A stretch of DNA of 32,000 nt, taken from contig JAEXFI010000041.1 in the NCBI GenBank assembly GCA_023400235.1, positions 102,798 to 134,797 of the forward strand. Reading direction: 5' to 3'. A program made the position numbers and the translations under genes. Shown one piece after another: positions 1 to 9,587 of this stretch. Position 1 is the stretch's first letter. Each line of letters begins with the position of its first letter. The stretch is from Bacillota bacterium (GTDB taxonomy: Bacteria; Bacillota; Clostridia; Acetivibrionales; DSM-1351). The notes under the pieces were generated by a model, which was not told the DNA's origin, searched no databases, and was given only the letters and a program-made list of their open reading frames with translations.

Positions 1-820
1 GGGCTCCCGAAAGCTCGTCATCGAAGATCAGCAGTTGAACATCCCTCGCCTGGCAAAGCAAAGACAGCTCTTCAATCTTACCCTTCCCCACATAAAAGGC
101 GGAGTCCTGGGACTGCTTGCGCTGCAGTACCTTGTCAAGCACTATTGCTCCGGCAGTTCCGGCAAGCTCAGCAAGCTCGTCAAGGGAGTCCTCCGCATCT
201 CTCAGAGATACATTCTCCAATCTGCTGTGTCCTGTTTCCAGGCCTACAAGAATAGCCTTTTCCGCAGCTTCCTCATTTTCATATAAATCCTCTTTGGCTG
301 AGGCATCCAGCTCTTCAATAATCCTGTACAGGTAATTCAGCTTGGACTCGCCCAGCACAAAAGGCCCATACAGCTGAACCTCACCGTCTACCGAAAGGCA
401 GCCGGCGTAAATATCTGCTGGCTGTCCCTCCTGTATGCCTATGGCCAGCATGGCATCAAGTCTGAGTTTTTGAAGCGTGCTTATGTCAACCTCAGAAAGC
501 ATTCCATGTCCCCCGGGATGCGTATGGATACATCTGATGGCAGACAGCCTTGCCTTACCTCTTCTGCCGTCCAGCTGAGGCAAGGAAACCGTTCCGCTGT
601 CCCCAATACTTATGTCTACCACTGTGCCCCGCCTGTTTATAAGGACTGAAATTTCCCTGTTTATTTCATAAGATATCGCCGCTATGGTTTGAGCTAATTC
701 AACCGGCAGCAGTTCCCGTGAACCGTACTTTTTGTCGTAGAGCTCCTCAAGCTCATTGAGCAGCCTTTCTTTTATTGATTGTGTATTTCCGTTTATCTTA
801 ATAATATCACCTTCCTTCAA
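1..820 (-). CDS. hflX: GTPase HflX, N-terminal part (gene runs off the window start)
   Basis: Absent from the ORF track because it is truncated by the window edge. My translation of the minus strand from 820 to 1 is open for 273 codons: (M)KEGDIIKINGNTQSIKERLLNELEELYDKKYGSRELLPVEL...AILVGLE...LDELAELAGTAGAIVLDKVLQRKQSQDSAFYVGKGKIEELSLLCQARDVQLLIFDDELSGA, which is the HflX N-terminal domain pattern. Start tentatively TTG at 820-818 (AGGGA 7 nt upstream), overlapping the dut stop. There is no in-frame ATG nearby. Confidence 0.7.
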   Translation of the reverse strand, partial: MKEGDIIKINGNTQSIKERLLNELEELYDKKYGSRELLPVELAQTIAAISYEINREISVLINRRGTVVDISIGDSGTVSLPQLDGRRGKARLSAIRCIHTHPGGHGMLSEVDISTLQKLRLDAMLAIGIQEGQPADIYAGCLSVDGEVQLYGPFVLGESKLNYLYRIIEELDASAKEDLYENEEAAEKAILVGLETGHSRLENVSLRDAEDSLDELAELAGTAGAIVLDKVLQRKQSQDSAFYVGKGKIEELSLLCQARDVQLLIFDDELSGA

Positions 821-1317
821 CCGGTTATCCCTGTGGAGCCAAAGCCCCCGCCCCTGTTGCTGCCCATTTCCCCTACTGCTTCCACCCTGGTAAGCACCAT
901 TCTTGGAACCTGCTGCAAGACGATCTGGGCAAGCCTGTCACCTTTTCTGATAATATATGTTCCATTCCTGTTGCCCTTTTCCTCCAGAGTAAAAGGTGCA
1001 CCGTCCTTTTCGCACAAATCCGCCTGAGAGTTATTATTTACAATTATTCCTAATTCATCCCTGTAGCCGCTGTCTATGGTGCCAGGTGAATTGGGTATCC
1101 GGATTGGAGTCTTCAGGGACAGCCCGCTTCTTGGCCTTACCTGTATCTCATAGCCCTCCGGTATTGCCAGTTTTAGCCCGGTGGGTACAACCACCGTCTC
1201 ACCGGGGGCAATAACCGCTTCTTCCGCAGCGTAGACGTCCATCCCCGCATCTCCGGGATTGGCATATCTGGGAAGTACGGCGTCCTTCCTGCACACCTCA
1301 ACAAAAATCTCTATCAT
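817..1317 (-). CDS. dut: dUTP diphosphatase (trimeric dUTPase) with an internal insertion
   Basis: ORF 817..1344 contains the dUTPase motifs AGMDV, RPRSGL, GTIDSGYRDE and C-terminal RGGGFGSTG. Start trimmed to ATG 1317 (MIEIFVEV), which has GGAGG 5 nt upstream. The ATG at 1344 has its SD only 2 nt away. Confidence 0.85.
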   Translation of the reverse strand: MIEIFVEVCRKDAVLPRYANPGDAGMDVYAAEEAVIAPGETVVVPTGLKLAIPEGYEIQVRPRSGLSLKTPIRIPNSPGTIDSGYRDELGIIVNNNSQADLCEKDGAPFTLEEKGNRNGTYIIRKGDRLAQIVLQQVPRMVLTRVEAVGEMGSNRGGGFGSTGITG

Positions 1318-1423
1318 ATTAGCCTCCATCCTATAAATGGACATAACCTCCGGTTTTCTTAAAACAGCTGCTGCTTCTTACAGTTACTTTTTGCAGCTAC
1401 TTTTGCAGCTTTCTTGTCCTCTT

Positions 1424-4045
1424 CTAGACACCTCTTTGCAGGTGTCCCCTGGTTATGCCCTTTTCCCTTATACTCTCAACTACTGCCTTTTCACTGCCTG
1501 ATAAGTTTTTTCCGCCTACGGTCAGACTTCTATACAAATTGACGGTATTACATATTTCCTCACTGCTCTCATCAACGAAACTCAATCTCATATACTCCAG
1601 GCCTGTTTTTCGGACATCAGCCATCAGCTCCGGAGCAAACAGGATTTGAGAATTGAATATGGTGCTCCTGCAATCAACACAGTCACACACCACCGGAAAT
1701 GCTGCATCCTTCCTATCCTTTATGTGGAACACCCCGCTTTTGCACACGCCCTTGCACTGATCAGGCGCTGCTCCGGCAACGCTTCCTCCAACTGGACAGT
1801 ACTCGCTGGTCATTACAGGTATCCTTCCATATACACCCAGCTCAGCCTCAAACTCAGGCGGATAATCCATGCTCTCCAACTGTCCCAGATTCAGCTCATA
1901 GGATAATGCGGCCCCGGTAAAGCCCTGGCTTTTGAGATAATATAGTGCAGAGCCGTTCAGCAGGTTAAGGGAATAGTCACCTGCAAGCTTTGTATTATCG
2001 CCCAGCAGCCTCCTCAGCCTTACGGCCGTTCCCATATTTCCCACCAGAAAGCCACTGACCATGCTGCTTACCTTCTCAATATTCCTGTCAATGCTTTCAG
2101 ACTGTCTGCCTTTTGTAATTGCGGAAATATATGCGAATATTTCTTTTTCAGGGCAGCTGTTTTTTATTTTTACAGCGTTATCCTGATTCAACAGCACGTT
2201 CAACGGAATGTACAACCTGTGAGCATTGATATTCCCAAAATCCAGGTCTTTGTTAAAGCCGTAGATCATTACCGAAAGCTTAATTTCTCTCTCATTCCGC
2301 AGATTATTCGGTTTTTTTGACATTCCGCCGCAATTGGCTGACAGGGATTCGCAGTTTCTGTTCCAGCCTGTCAATACCGCAGCTGAACTTTTTGGGCTAT
2401 CCTGACTATTTCCAGGAGCTTTCTGTATATTTCCCGGGAAATATGCAGGATTCTGCTGCAAGGGCTTCTGCCTTCTGAAGGCAGCCGTGCGCTTTTCTTC
2501 CAGCAGCTCCGCCGCCTTTCTTCTTATATTGTTCAGCTCGCTTATGGGCACGACTATATTGCTGTCCATATCCATATCCAACTGGGTTATTTTAAAGGGT
2601 GTAGCACCTGTTTTTGTAAGCTGTTCTGAAACCCGTTCCTGAGAAAGCGGCTTATTTAAAGCCTTTTCCGGGAAAAGCTCTCCCTGGGCCCTGACAGTAT
2701 TTCCTTCAGAATCCTCCAGAGTCAGCACCGGCAATTGGCCGGCCTTCATCTCAAAGCGGGCTTTTACCCCTGTCTTTCGTGTGGGTCTGGTATAAGTTTC
2801 AGCAGCCCGGTCAAGCATTTCCCGGTCTGAGGTTTTGTAAACCCTGCTGCCTCTTTGGATATTTCCCCTGATTACCGAAACCCATACAGTGTCTCCGGGA
2901 TTGGCGCGCTTGACCTGCTTTCCGCCATCCAGAACTATTTTTGTTATGATTCCTCCTGGGCTTTCCTCAAAGGCCTTTCCTGACCAGATCTCTATACCGT
3001 CACCATTTCCCAATGTGTTTTCCAGCTTTATTTTGACCGAGTCCGATTTTCTATCTCCTGCAAGTACTGTTCCCAAAAAGGTTCCCCAGTTCTTAGGTTT
3101 TTCAAAGGCCATCATTTCTGGCCCTGTCTTACCCATGAGATACCCCTTTGAAAAGCCTCCCCTGTTAAAGCTCTGGAGGAGCTGCTGCCTGTCCTCACCG
3201 GTTACCTGCCACGGGACGGAAGCAGAGTTGCCGCTACCCGTCCTTTGCTGTTCCAGCAGGTTCAGATACTTCCTGTAAATGCCCGTCACAGCTGCAACAT
3301 ATTCCGGACTTTTCATCCTGCCTTCTATTTTAAAGGAATTAACACCTGCCTCAAGCAACTCTCTCAGATGGTCAATATAGCATATATCCCTGGGACTCAG
3401 CAAATAACCGTTCTTTATATTCTTTCCGTCCCTGGCCGCTGAATAGTACATCCTGCAGGGTTGTGCGCACCTGCCCCGGTTTCCGCTCCTTCCGCCTATA
3501 AGGCTGCTCATGAGGCATTGCCCGGAATAGCTTATGCATAAGGCACCATGAATGAAAACTTCTGTATCAAGTCCGGTATTATTGCATATTTCACCTATTT
3601 CGTGAATGGACAGCTCTCTGGCCAGCACCGCTCTTTCAAAACCCATTCTTTCAAGTGCCCTTACTCCGTCAGTATCGTAGGTGGTCATCTGAGTGCTGGC
3701 ATGAATAGGAATATCAGGAATAAGACTTTTCAGGCATGCAGCCAACCCCAAATCCTGTAGTATGAACGCATCCACTCCCATTTCATATGACCTTGCCGCA
3801 TACTCTACCGCCTGCTGCATTTCATCTTCCAGAATCAGAGTATTCAGGGTGAGAAATACCTTCACCCCTCTTACATGTGCATAATCCAAAGCCTTGCGCA
3901 GGTCTTCCTCCTCAAAGTTTCCGGCAAACTGTCTGGCATTGAAAAGCTTTCCGCCCATATACACAGCATCTGCACCATTTTCCACTGCTGCCAGGAACGC
4001 ATCATAATTTCCCGCCGGTGCTAAAAGCTCTACTTTTTTTGTCAT
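1424..4045 (-). CDS. U32 family peptidase-like protein, long (873 aa) two-module form
   Basis: N-terminus MTKKVELLAPAGNYDAFLAAVENGADAVY and the U32 signature EVFIHGALCISYSGQCLMSSLIGGRSGNRGRCAQPCR. The C-terminal half has a second Cys-rich module. Overlaps the upstream gene by ATGA (4042-4045). Confidence 0.85.
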   Translation of the reverse strand: MTKKVELLAPAGNYDAFLAAVENGADAVYMGGKLFNARQFAGNFEEEDLRKALDYAHVRGVKVFLTLNTLILEDEMQQAVEYAARSYEMGVDAFILQDLGLAACLKSLIPDIPIHASTQMTTYDTDGVRALERMGFERAVLARELSIHEIGEICNNTGLDTEVFIHGALCISYSGQCLMSSLIGGRSGNRGRCAQPCRMYYSAARDGKNIKNGYLLSPRDICYIDHLRELLEAGVNSFKIEGRMKSPEYVAAVTGIYRKYLNLLEQQRTGSGNSASVPWQVTGEDRQQLLQSFNRGGFSKGYLMGKTGPEMMAFEKPKNWGTFLGTVLAGDRKSDSVKIKLENTLGNGDGIEIWSGKAFEESPGGIITKIVLDGGKQVKRANPGDTVWVSVIRGNIQRGSRVYKTSDREMLDRAAETYTRPTRKTGVKARFEMKAGQLPVLTLEDSEGNTVRAQGELFPEKALNKPLSQERVSEQLTKTGATPFKITQLDMDMDSNIVVPISELNNIRRKAAELLEEKRTAAFRRQKPLQQNPAYFPGNIQKAPGNSQDSPKSSAAVLTGWNRNCESLSANCGGMSKKPNNLRNEREIKLSVMIYGFNKDLDFGNINAHRLYIPLNVLLNQDNAVKIKNSCPEKEIFAYISAITKGRQSESIDRNIEKVSSMVSGFLVGNMGTAVRLRRLLGDNTKLAGDYSLNLLNGSALYYLKSQGFTGAALSYELNLGQLESMDYPPEFEAELGVYGRIPVMTSEYCPVGGSVAGAAPDQCKGVCKSGVFHIKDRKDAAFPVVCDCVDCRSTIFNSQILFAPELMADVRKTGLEYMRLSFVDESSEEICNTVNLYRSLTVGGKNLSGSEKAVVESIREKGITRGHLQRGV

Positions 4046-4926
4046 TGCAATTTATTTCCCCTTCTGAATAACTCAAGAATAAATGGCATTATGTCTACCA
4101 GTGAATGCACTGTCATTTCAACCCGGTCCGCCCAGGCTCCTTTAACAATTACCGGAACCTTGCCCATGGTATGTGTACGCACTGAAAGGTCCTCCAAATT
4201 GCCATGGTCGCTGGTTATAATAAGCACATCCTTCTCAAATTCCATCCTGCATAGGAGCTCGCCAAGAAATCTGTCCAGCTTTTCCACCACCTCAACTGCC
4301 TTGTCCATTTCAAATTTATGTCCTGCAATATCTGTAATAAAATGCTCATATAATGTAAAATCATAGCTGCGGCTCAAAGCATAGAGATTTTTTGCCGCAG
4401 CTTCAGGTGTTATAAGGTTTACTTCATATCCTGATTCCTTTAGTCTTTCACCTGTTATGTCGTGATATACCCCGTTATTGTCCATAAATTCTCTTACTGT
4501 TCTGAATCTTATGCCCTGAGCCATTCCCATGACAGAGGTCACAGAAGGTCTGTTCCTTCTGTCCTTTTCGTCCAGCATATTGTTCAGGTATTCGTCTCTG
4601 TAAACATTTGCACTGGTGACAGAGAGCCCCATTTTATTCAGCTCCCCGAAAAGGTTGTTCTTTTGAATAAGCCTTTTCAGCGTTATGGTGGGCTGCCCGC
4701 TCATATGCCTGTTTAGCACTGCCGGGGCATTGACGCCCGTAAAAATAGCAGTCTGTCCGGTTGCGCTCTGGGGCAGGCCAGGGACCCCCAGGGAGGCATC
4801 CGCCAAAAACCTTGCTTCTGCCATCAGCCTTGCCAGAACCTGTGTCCTGGCAGCAAATATGGGATTTGTATCCGGGTTTTGATTCCCAACCCCTATTCCG
4901 TCTATAAAAATAAATATAACCTTCAT
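4042..4926 (-). CDS. Alkaline-phosphatase-superfamily metalloenzyme (cofactor-independent phosphoglycerate mutase / phosphopentomutase-like)
   Basis: MKVIFIFIDGIGVG metal-binding N-terminus and ITSDHGNLED motif. Start trimmed from 5007 to ATG 4926 (GAAGG 4 nt upstream). Translationally coupled to the U32 gene. Confidence 0.6.
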   Translation of the reverse strand: MKVIFIFIDGIGVGNQNPDTNPIFAARTQVLARLMAEARFLADASLGVPGLPQSATGQTAIFTGVNAPAVLNRHMSGQPTITLKRLIQKNNLFGELNKMGLSVTSANVYRDEYLNNMLDEKDRRNRPSVTSVMGMAQGIRFRTVREFMDNNGVYHDITGERLKESGYEVNLITPEAAAKNLYALSRSYDFTLYEHFITDIAGHKFEMDKAVEVVEKLDRFLGELLCRMEFEKDVLIITSDHGNLEDLSVRTHTMGKVPVIVKGAWADRVEMTVHSLVDIMPFILELFRRGNKLQ

Positions 4927-5023
4927 AATACCTTCAATTCTTTCCTGTCCGGAATTTAACAGTTGCCGCAGCAAACCATTTCTTATTATATAATATATAA
5001 AATCCACAATTTTTGAAAGCTTT

Positions 5024-5061
5024 TAAAAAAAACAAAAAGCCGGAGGAAATGTTCCTCTGGC
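5024..5061 (-). terminator. Rho-independent terminator downstream of zapA
   Basis: Minus-strand RNA GCCAGAGGA-ACAUU-UCCUCCGGC (9-bp stem with one A-C mismatch) followed by UUUUUGUUUUUUUU. Confidence 0.5.
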
Positions 5062-5080
5062 TGTGTCAGCTATAAAAGAT

Positions 5081-5518
5081 TTACATGTCGTACCCGCTCA
5101 AGGTCTTCTGGACTACCGGTCTGCTCCCCTTGTCAATGGAGTTTCTGACTTCTCCCAGTTCGGCTTCCCTTTTTGCCAAATCCAATTGGAGCTTGGTGTT
5201 TTTTGACATCAAACCGCCGTTTTCTTCCTTCAACTGGAGGTTTTCTTTTCTCAGCCTCTCCAGCTCTTCATTGATAGCTTCCTTTTCTTTTCTTAAAGCT
5301 GCTTCCTCTTCACGAGTTTTAAAAAAATCATCTGCTACATTTATAGCGGTAAGCACAGATGCAAAAGAAGTACTCAGCCTGTTGTTCCGCATAAGTATCT
5401 CATTCATTTTTCTATCGATATACAAACCGACTTTCTGGATATATTCGTCGGATTCTATTCCAACAAGCGTATAATCTTTACCGGCTATACGAATAACAAC
5501 CTTATTTTTTGAGGTCAA
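5081..5518 (-). CDS. zapA: Cell division protein ZapA
   Basis: N-terminal VVIRIAGKDYTLVGIESDEYIQKVGLYIDRKMNEI pattern plus a C-terminal coiled coil. TTG start at 5518 with AAGGAG upstream. Confidence 0.8.
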   Translation of the reverse strand: MTSKNKVVIRIAGKDYTLVGIESDEYIQKVGLYIDRKMNEILMRNNRLSTSFASVLTAINVADDFFKTREEEAALRKEKEAINEELERLRKENLQLKEENGGLMSKNTKLQLDLAKREAELGEVRNSIDKGSRPVVQKTLSGYDM

Positions 5519-5580
5519 GGTAAATCAGCTCCTTTAATCCCGCTGGAAAGGCCTGAAAACAGCCTTCCTTAATTACCTTT

Positions 5581-5610
5581 ATTATACTATATTATTCTAT
5601 TATTCGGCAA
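5581..5610 (-). promoter_or_regulatory. Candidate sigma-A promoter for zapA
   Basis: Minus strand TTGCCG-N18-TATAAT (plus-strand cggcaa 5605-5610, attata 5581-5586). Confidence 0.4.
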
Positions 5611-5614
5611 ACAT

Positions 5615-6025
5615 TTATTTTTGCTGCTCTTTTACAAACGCTGCAAAAGCCTTGTCCATACTTCCTATATGCTTTATGAGCCAATCCAGGAACAGCTTGT
5701 TAACTGTCGACACAAAAAGCACTCCCGCACCCTTTTCTTCAAATTCCTGTTTTAATTTTTCAAAATTCTTCAAAAAGTTCTCGTGGGTATTTTTATGGTT
5801 TAGTCTTTCAGGATAGTTATATTTAATATGTAGCTGCTGCTCATCTGCAAAATGGACTTTTGTGTAGTCTTCCAGGAACTCCAAGGTGTTTCCAACTTCT
5901 TCCTTTCCCTTTCCCTGACCACAGGCAGAAAAAAGTTTATCAACCGCGTCAAACAACTGTTTATGCTGATCGTCAATTTCCTTTATACCGATTGCATAAC
6001 TGTCCCTCCACTGTATAGCCGCCAT
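5615..6025 (-). CDS. Bacteriohemerythrin-like protein
   Basis: MAAIQWRDSYAIGIKEIDDQHKQLF plus spaced His residues (HFADEQ, HKNTHENF, WLIKHIGSMD), typical of the hemerythrin four-helix fold. Start trimmed to ATG 6025 (GGAGG 8 nt upstream). Confidence 0.8.
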   Translation of the reverse strand: MAAIQWRDSYAIGIKEIDDQHKQLFDAVDKLFSACGQGKGKEEVGNTLEFLEDYTKVHFADEQQLHIKYNYPERLNHKNTHENFLKNFEKLKQEFEEKGAGVLFVSTVNKLFLDWLIKHIGSMDKAFAAFVKEQQK

Positions 6026-6111
6026 TATATCGCCCTCCCAATACATAACATAATATAATATAATTCACTTATATTATATACCCTGGTGCATTGTACTGAA
6101 ACGACAATAAT

Positions 6112-7482
6112 TTACTTTAATTTTATTAATTTACCTGTTCTGGGATCTATAAGTATAATCCAATAGCCAAATGCGCCATATTTCGGCTTGTAGCCCTCAA
6201 GCTGTGCCCAGCTTCCCATGTTGCCAAACGGGTTTTCATCTATGCTGTACACTCCGGGAACTCCACACACAAACCTTTCTCTTCCGGAGTATTTATCGTA
6301 CCTTATACCGAATATGATATATCTGTATTTGTAATGTGCCAGCATTACCTTTGGGTTGAACAGAAGGTAGGTTTTCACGTTGTTTCTGAAAAGTATATTG
6401 TTCAGATATCCGGGGCTGTTGATCTTCCACCACTTAAACCTTTTGCTTCTGGCATTGAACGGGCTGCATACCTCAAAGCTCCTGTTCAGCTCCTCCTTAA
6501 GCATGTCTATATCCAGCTCATTTCTTGCAGCATCCCCTTCTGCAGTTATGGAGGATATTTCTCTGAAATTCCTTTCCGCATTGCTTATGATATCATTGTC
6601 AGCAGGCAAACCGTCTCTTTCTTCGTACATGCTTGAAAGCGTTGTATCAAATTTGCTGGTTATAAACTCATGACTGGTGTCCTCAAGCCCTTTACCGTCA
6701 GTGCCGGCATCTCCCGTATCCAAATCAGGCACTTTCTCCGACCGCAAACGGCCCTCCTCCTGATTACCCGTATTTGTATTTGTCTCATGAGCCGGGTTCT
6801 CAATTTGCTCCGGCTCCTTAAGGCTGTCCTGCCTTGAATCAGACAGGTTCCATAAATCAGTCCCGTCAAACTCCGTTGCCTCTTCTGCAAGTTCCTCCTC
6901 AAAGATCCTGTTAACCTGTATTTTCTCCAGGGCAGTATCTTCCAAACCCACCTCTGTTTCGGGAGCTTGCAGGTCAACCTTGCCGGACGCCTCCTCTGCT
7001 TCTGCCACAGCAGCTTCACTCCCGGGAAACTCCTGCCGAACTTCCCCGTCTGATTTCCTCATATATGCTTCAAACTCCTGCAGCCACTGTACCTGTCCGT
7101 TTCTGTATGCAACCAGCGGGCAAACAATTGAATTGAACTGATCATGTATTTCGGCTATCAGGGCAAACACATTTATATCCTCAAGCTTAAGCCCATTGCT
7201 GCCAATGGCGCCACTGTCAGCGTCCAGTCTGATATCCGCCCTTCCCCCACGGGTTTCGATTTCAGCTATGACGGTATGGTTCAACTTTTCACCCTTGGCA
7301 CTGATTCCGTAAATACGGTAATTAATACCCTGTCTGTCAGACATGTTGCTTAATGATATTTGCAGCTTTGCAGCCCGGCCGTTTATCTCAACCTTTATAT
7401 ATCCTGTTGGTCTGCCCAGATTATTTTCCATGTTCTGAAATATATAAAACAGTCTCTGATAATTATCACCCATGGCAAACAT
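6112..7482 (-). CDS. Hypothetical protein: N-terminal domain, ~180-aa acidic low-complexity linker, conserved-looking C-terminal domain
   Basis: Long ORF (456 aa) with AAGGAG upstream. Start could be ATG 7482 or 7473. I recognise no family. Confidence 0.7.
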   Translation of the reverse strand: MFAMGDNYQRLFYIFQNMENNLGRPTGYIKVEINGRAAKLQISLSNMSDRQGINYRIYGISAKGEKLNHTVIAEIETRGGRADIRLDADSGAIGSNGLKLEDINVFALIAEIHDQFNSIVCPLVAYRNGQVQWLQEFEAYMRKSDGEVRQEFPGSEAAVAEAEEASGKVDLQAPETEVGLEDTALEKIQVNRIFEEELAEEATEFDGTDLWNLSDSRQDSLKEPEQIENPAHETNTNTGNQEEGRLRSEKVPDLDTGDAGTDGKGLEDTSHEFITSKFDTTLSSMYEERDGLPADNDIISNAERNFREISSITAEGDAARNELDIDMLKEELNRSFEVCSPFNARSKRFKWWKINSPGYLNNILFRNNVKTYLLFNPKVMLAHYKYRYIIFGIRYDKYSGRERFVCGVPGVYSIDENPFGNMGSWAQLEGYKPKYGAFGYWIILIDPRTGKLIKLK

Positions 7483-7570
7483 TCTCCTTCTGTTTATTTG
7501 TCACAGGCATGGTAAATGCCCTAACATTAAAATATATGTAGGGCAATTGAAATTAAGACTATTTAAATCC

Positions 7571-8611
7571 TCAGAAATATACCGAGGTTATCTGATACCC
7601 ATTGCTGCTGTTCAGGTCAATGTACTCATTTTCCAGCCGTACAACAGGCCTTGTTATGCTGTGGCTGGGTATATATACAACCTCTCCGGTTTCCCGGCTG
7701 TTCAGTACTGCCTTGGCCCCCACATAGCAGGGGATTATCCGTTCAATAAAGGTAGTCGCCACATCCCTGTCAAATTGCCCCATCCCGTCGGTTATAAACA
7801 TTTCAAAAGCCTCAAAGGGCGTATGCTTTTTGCCATATACCCTTTCGGAGGTCATGGCGTCATATACATCTGCAACAGCTAAAATCTTAGCACCCAGCTG
7901 GATACTTTCTCCTGAATATCCCATGGGATATCCCGAACCGTCTTCTCTCTCGTGATGCATCAATACGGCTTGCTTTACACTGTCATGAAGTTCTGTGGCA
8001 CCCTCAAGCATGTTGAAACCATACATGCTGTGCTTTTTTATTTTTTCAAACTCCTCCGGCAGCAGCCTGCCTTTTTTATTCAGTATTTCCTTTGGTATCC
8101 GAAGCTTTCCGATATCGTGCAGAAGACCTGCCTTGATTATATTTTCCATTTCAGAGGAGGAGAAATTCATCCATTTTCCTGCCAAGGAGGAATAATATGC
8201 AACATTCAGGCTATGACAGTAGGTATATTCATCAAATTTTCTGATGGCAGACAGGCAGCCGATAATATACCTGTTTTCTCTTACCTCTTGCCCAATCCAT
8301 GCCGCAAGACGGTCAAGCCTTGTATTGTCAAGCCTGCTGCTGGAGATGACTTCTCTTATGAGTTCCTTGGCTTCAAGCACCTTATCCCTGTATTGTTTTT
8401 CAAAGCCTTTAAGCGCTTTTCTCACCTCGCTCAGTGCCTCTGGTTTAAATACTCTCAAGCGCTGTATCCCGTATTCATGAAGCCGGTCTATAATGTACCT
8501 GTTCAGCGTGGTATAAGCAGCTACAATCAGCGCCCCATGGCTGTTATATATATCTTCTGCCAAAACATGGCCCTCTCCGGTATGAATCAAATCAATTGAT
8601 ATTATGCTCAT
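7571..8611 (-). CDS. HD-GYP domain protein (putative c-di-GMP phosphodiesterase)
   Basis: HDIGKLRIP ... HHEREDGSGYPMG motifs. Confidence 0.85.
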   Translation of the reverse strand: MSIISIDLIHTGEGHVLAEDIYNSHGALIVAAYTTLNRYIIDRLHEYGIQRLRVFKPEALSEVRKALKGFEKQYRDKVLEAKELIREVISSSRLDNTRLDRLAAWIGQEVRENRYIIGCLSAIRKFDEYTYCHSLNVAYYSSLAGKWMNFSSSEMENIIKAGLLHDIGKLRIPKEILNKKGRLLPEEFEKIKKHSMYGFNMLEGATELHDSVKQAVLMHHEREDGSGYPMGYSGESIQLGAKILAVADVYDAMTSERVYGKKHTPFEAFEMFITDGMGQFDRDVATTFIERIIPCYVGAKAVLNSRETGEVVYIPSHSITRPVVRLENEYIDLNSSNGYQITSVYF

Positions 8612-8695
8612 GTCCTGTCCCTTTCAACATCAAATTATCTGCAAAATTCCTGTTTGTCAGGATATATGTGCAATTGCCGGATACCTCCGCAGCAG

Positions 8696-9508
8696 CTATT
8701 TCTTGTATACTGCCGGCATGACACACCTGTACCCCGACTCCTCCCTGCTAATAGATTCGGAGTGCCCTATAAAAAGAAAACCACCCTCCTCAGTGCTTTC
8801 ATAAAACTTATTTATCAATTTGCGCTTTGTTTCAGCGTCAAAATATATCATTACATTCCTGCAAAAAATAACATGAAATTTTCTTCGGAACGGAAATTGC
8901 TCCGTCATAAGATTAAATCTCCGAAAGATGACTTCCTTGCTGATTCTGTCACATATCTTGTAGTTTTCATCAGGTTGAGCTGTGAAATACCTTTTTTTCC
9001 ACTTCTCCGGCACTGCGGATAAGTCTTCTTTTGAATACCTTCCCTCCACCGCTTTGTTTAAAGCTTTAGTTGATATATCCGTGGCCAGTATCCTTGTATC
9101 CCACTCCAGCTTTGAAGGGCCAAAATGATCATCCAGCAGCATAGCAAGGGTGTAAGGCTCCTGGCCTGTCGAACACCCCGCGCTCCAGATGCCCATATCC
9201 TTTTTTTTGGTGCATACCCGTTCAAGATAAGGCAGTACATTATTTCTGAAATAATCAAAGTGCTGGTTTTCTCTCATAAAATATGTATGATTCGTGGTCA
9301 GCCTGTCAATCATGGCTACAGCAGCCTGTCCGGTCTTATCGGAGATTATGTGGTTCATATAATCAGTAAAGCTGGCATAGTTGTTATCGGAGAGATAATT
9401 TACCAACCTTCCGGCTACCAGTGATTTTTTTTGGGTCAGATTCACACCATAGTTATCCTTAACATAGTTTACCAGATCAGTAAACTCCTTTTGCGTAATT
9501 TGCCTCAT
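8696..9508 (-). CDS. cheR: Chemotaxis protein methyltransferase CheR
   Basis: CheR N-terminal helical domain and a SAM-binding region (IWSAGCSTGQEPY, FCRNVMIYFD). Confidence 0.9.
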   Translation of the reverse strand: MRQITQKEFTDLVNYVKDNYGVNLTQKKSLVAGRLVNYLSDNNYASFTDYMNHIISDKTGQAAVAMIDRLTTNHTYFMRENQHFDYFRNNVLPYLERVCTKKKDMGIWSAGCSTGQEPYTLAMLLDDHFGPSKLEWDTRILATDISTKALNKAVEGRYSKEDLSAVPEKWKKRYFTAQPDENYKICDRISKEVIFRRFNLMTEQFPFRRKFHVIFCRNVMIYFDAETKRKLINKFYESTEEGGFLFIGHSESISREESGYRCVMPAVYKK

Positions 9509-9587
9509 ATTTTACCTCTCAAGCCGGGTGGCACGTGAATAAAGTGCCGAAGAGTACGGAACTCCTCGACACCTTATCATTAAGCCT

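Noticed and set aside
6660-7019. 119-aa K/R-rich minus-strand ORF
   Set aside because: It is an alternative frame of the acidic (GAA/GAG/GAT-rich) linker of the 456-aa protein, so it is a composition artefact.
7952-8599. 215-aa plus-strand ORF, and similar long antisense ORFs (9853..10371, 17470..18099, 26198..26728, 28414..28971, 2889..3278)
   Set aside because: Each lies entirely antisense to a confidently identified gene (HD-GYP, MCP, antiporter, spmA, rsmI/yabB, U32). They lack SD sequences, and their compositions are typical of shadow frames.
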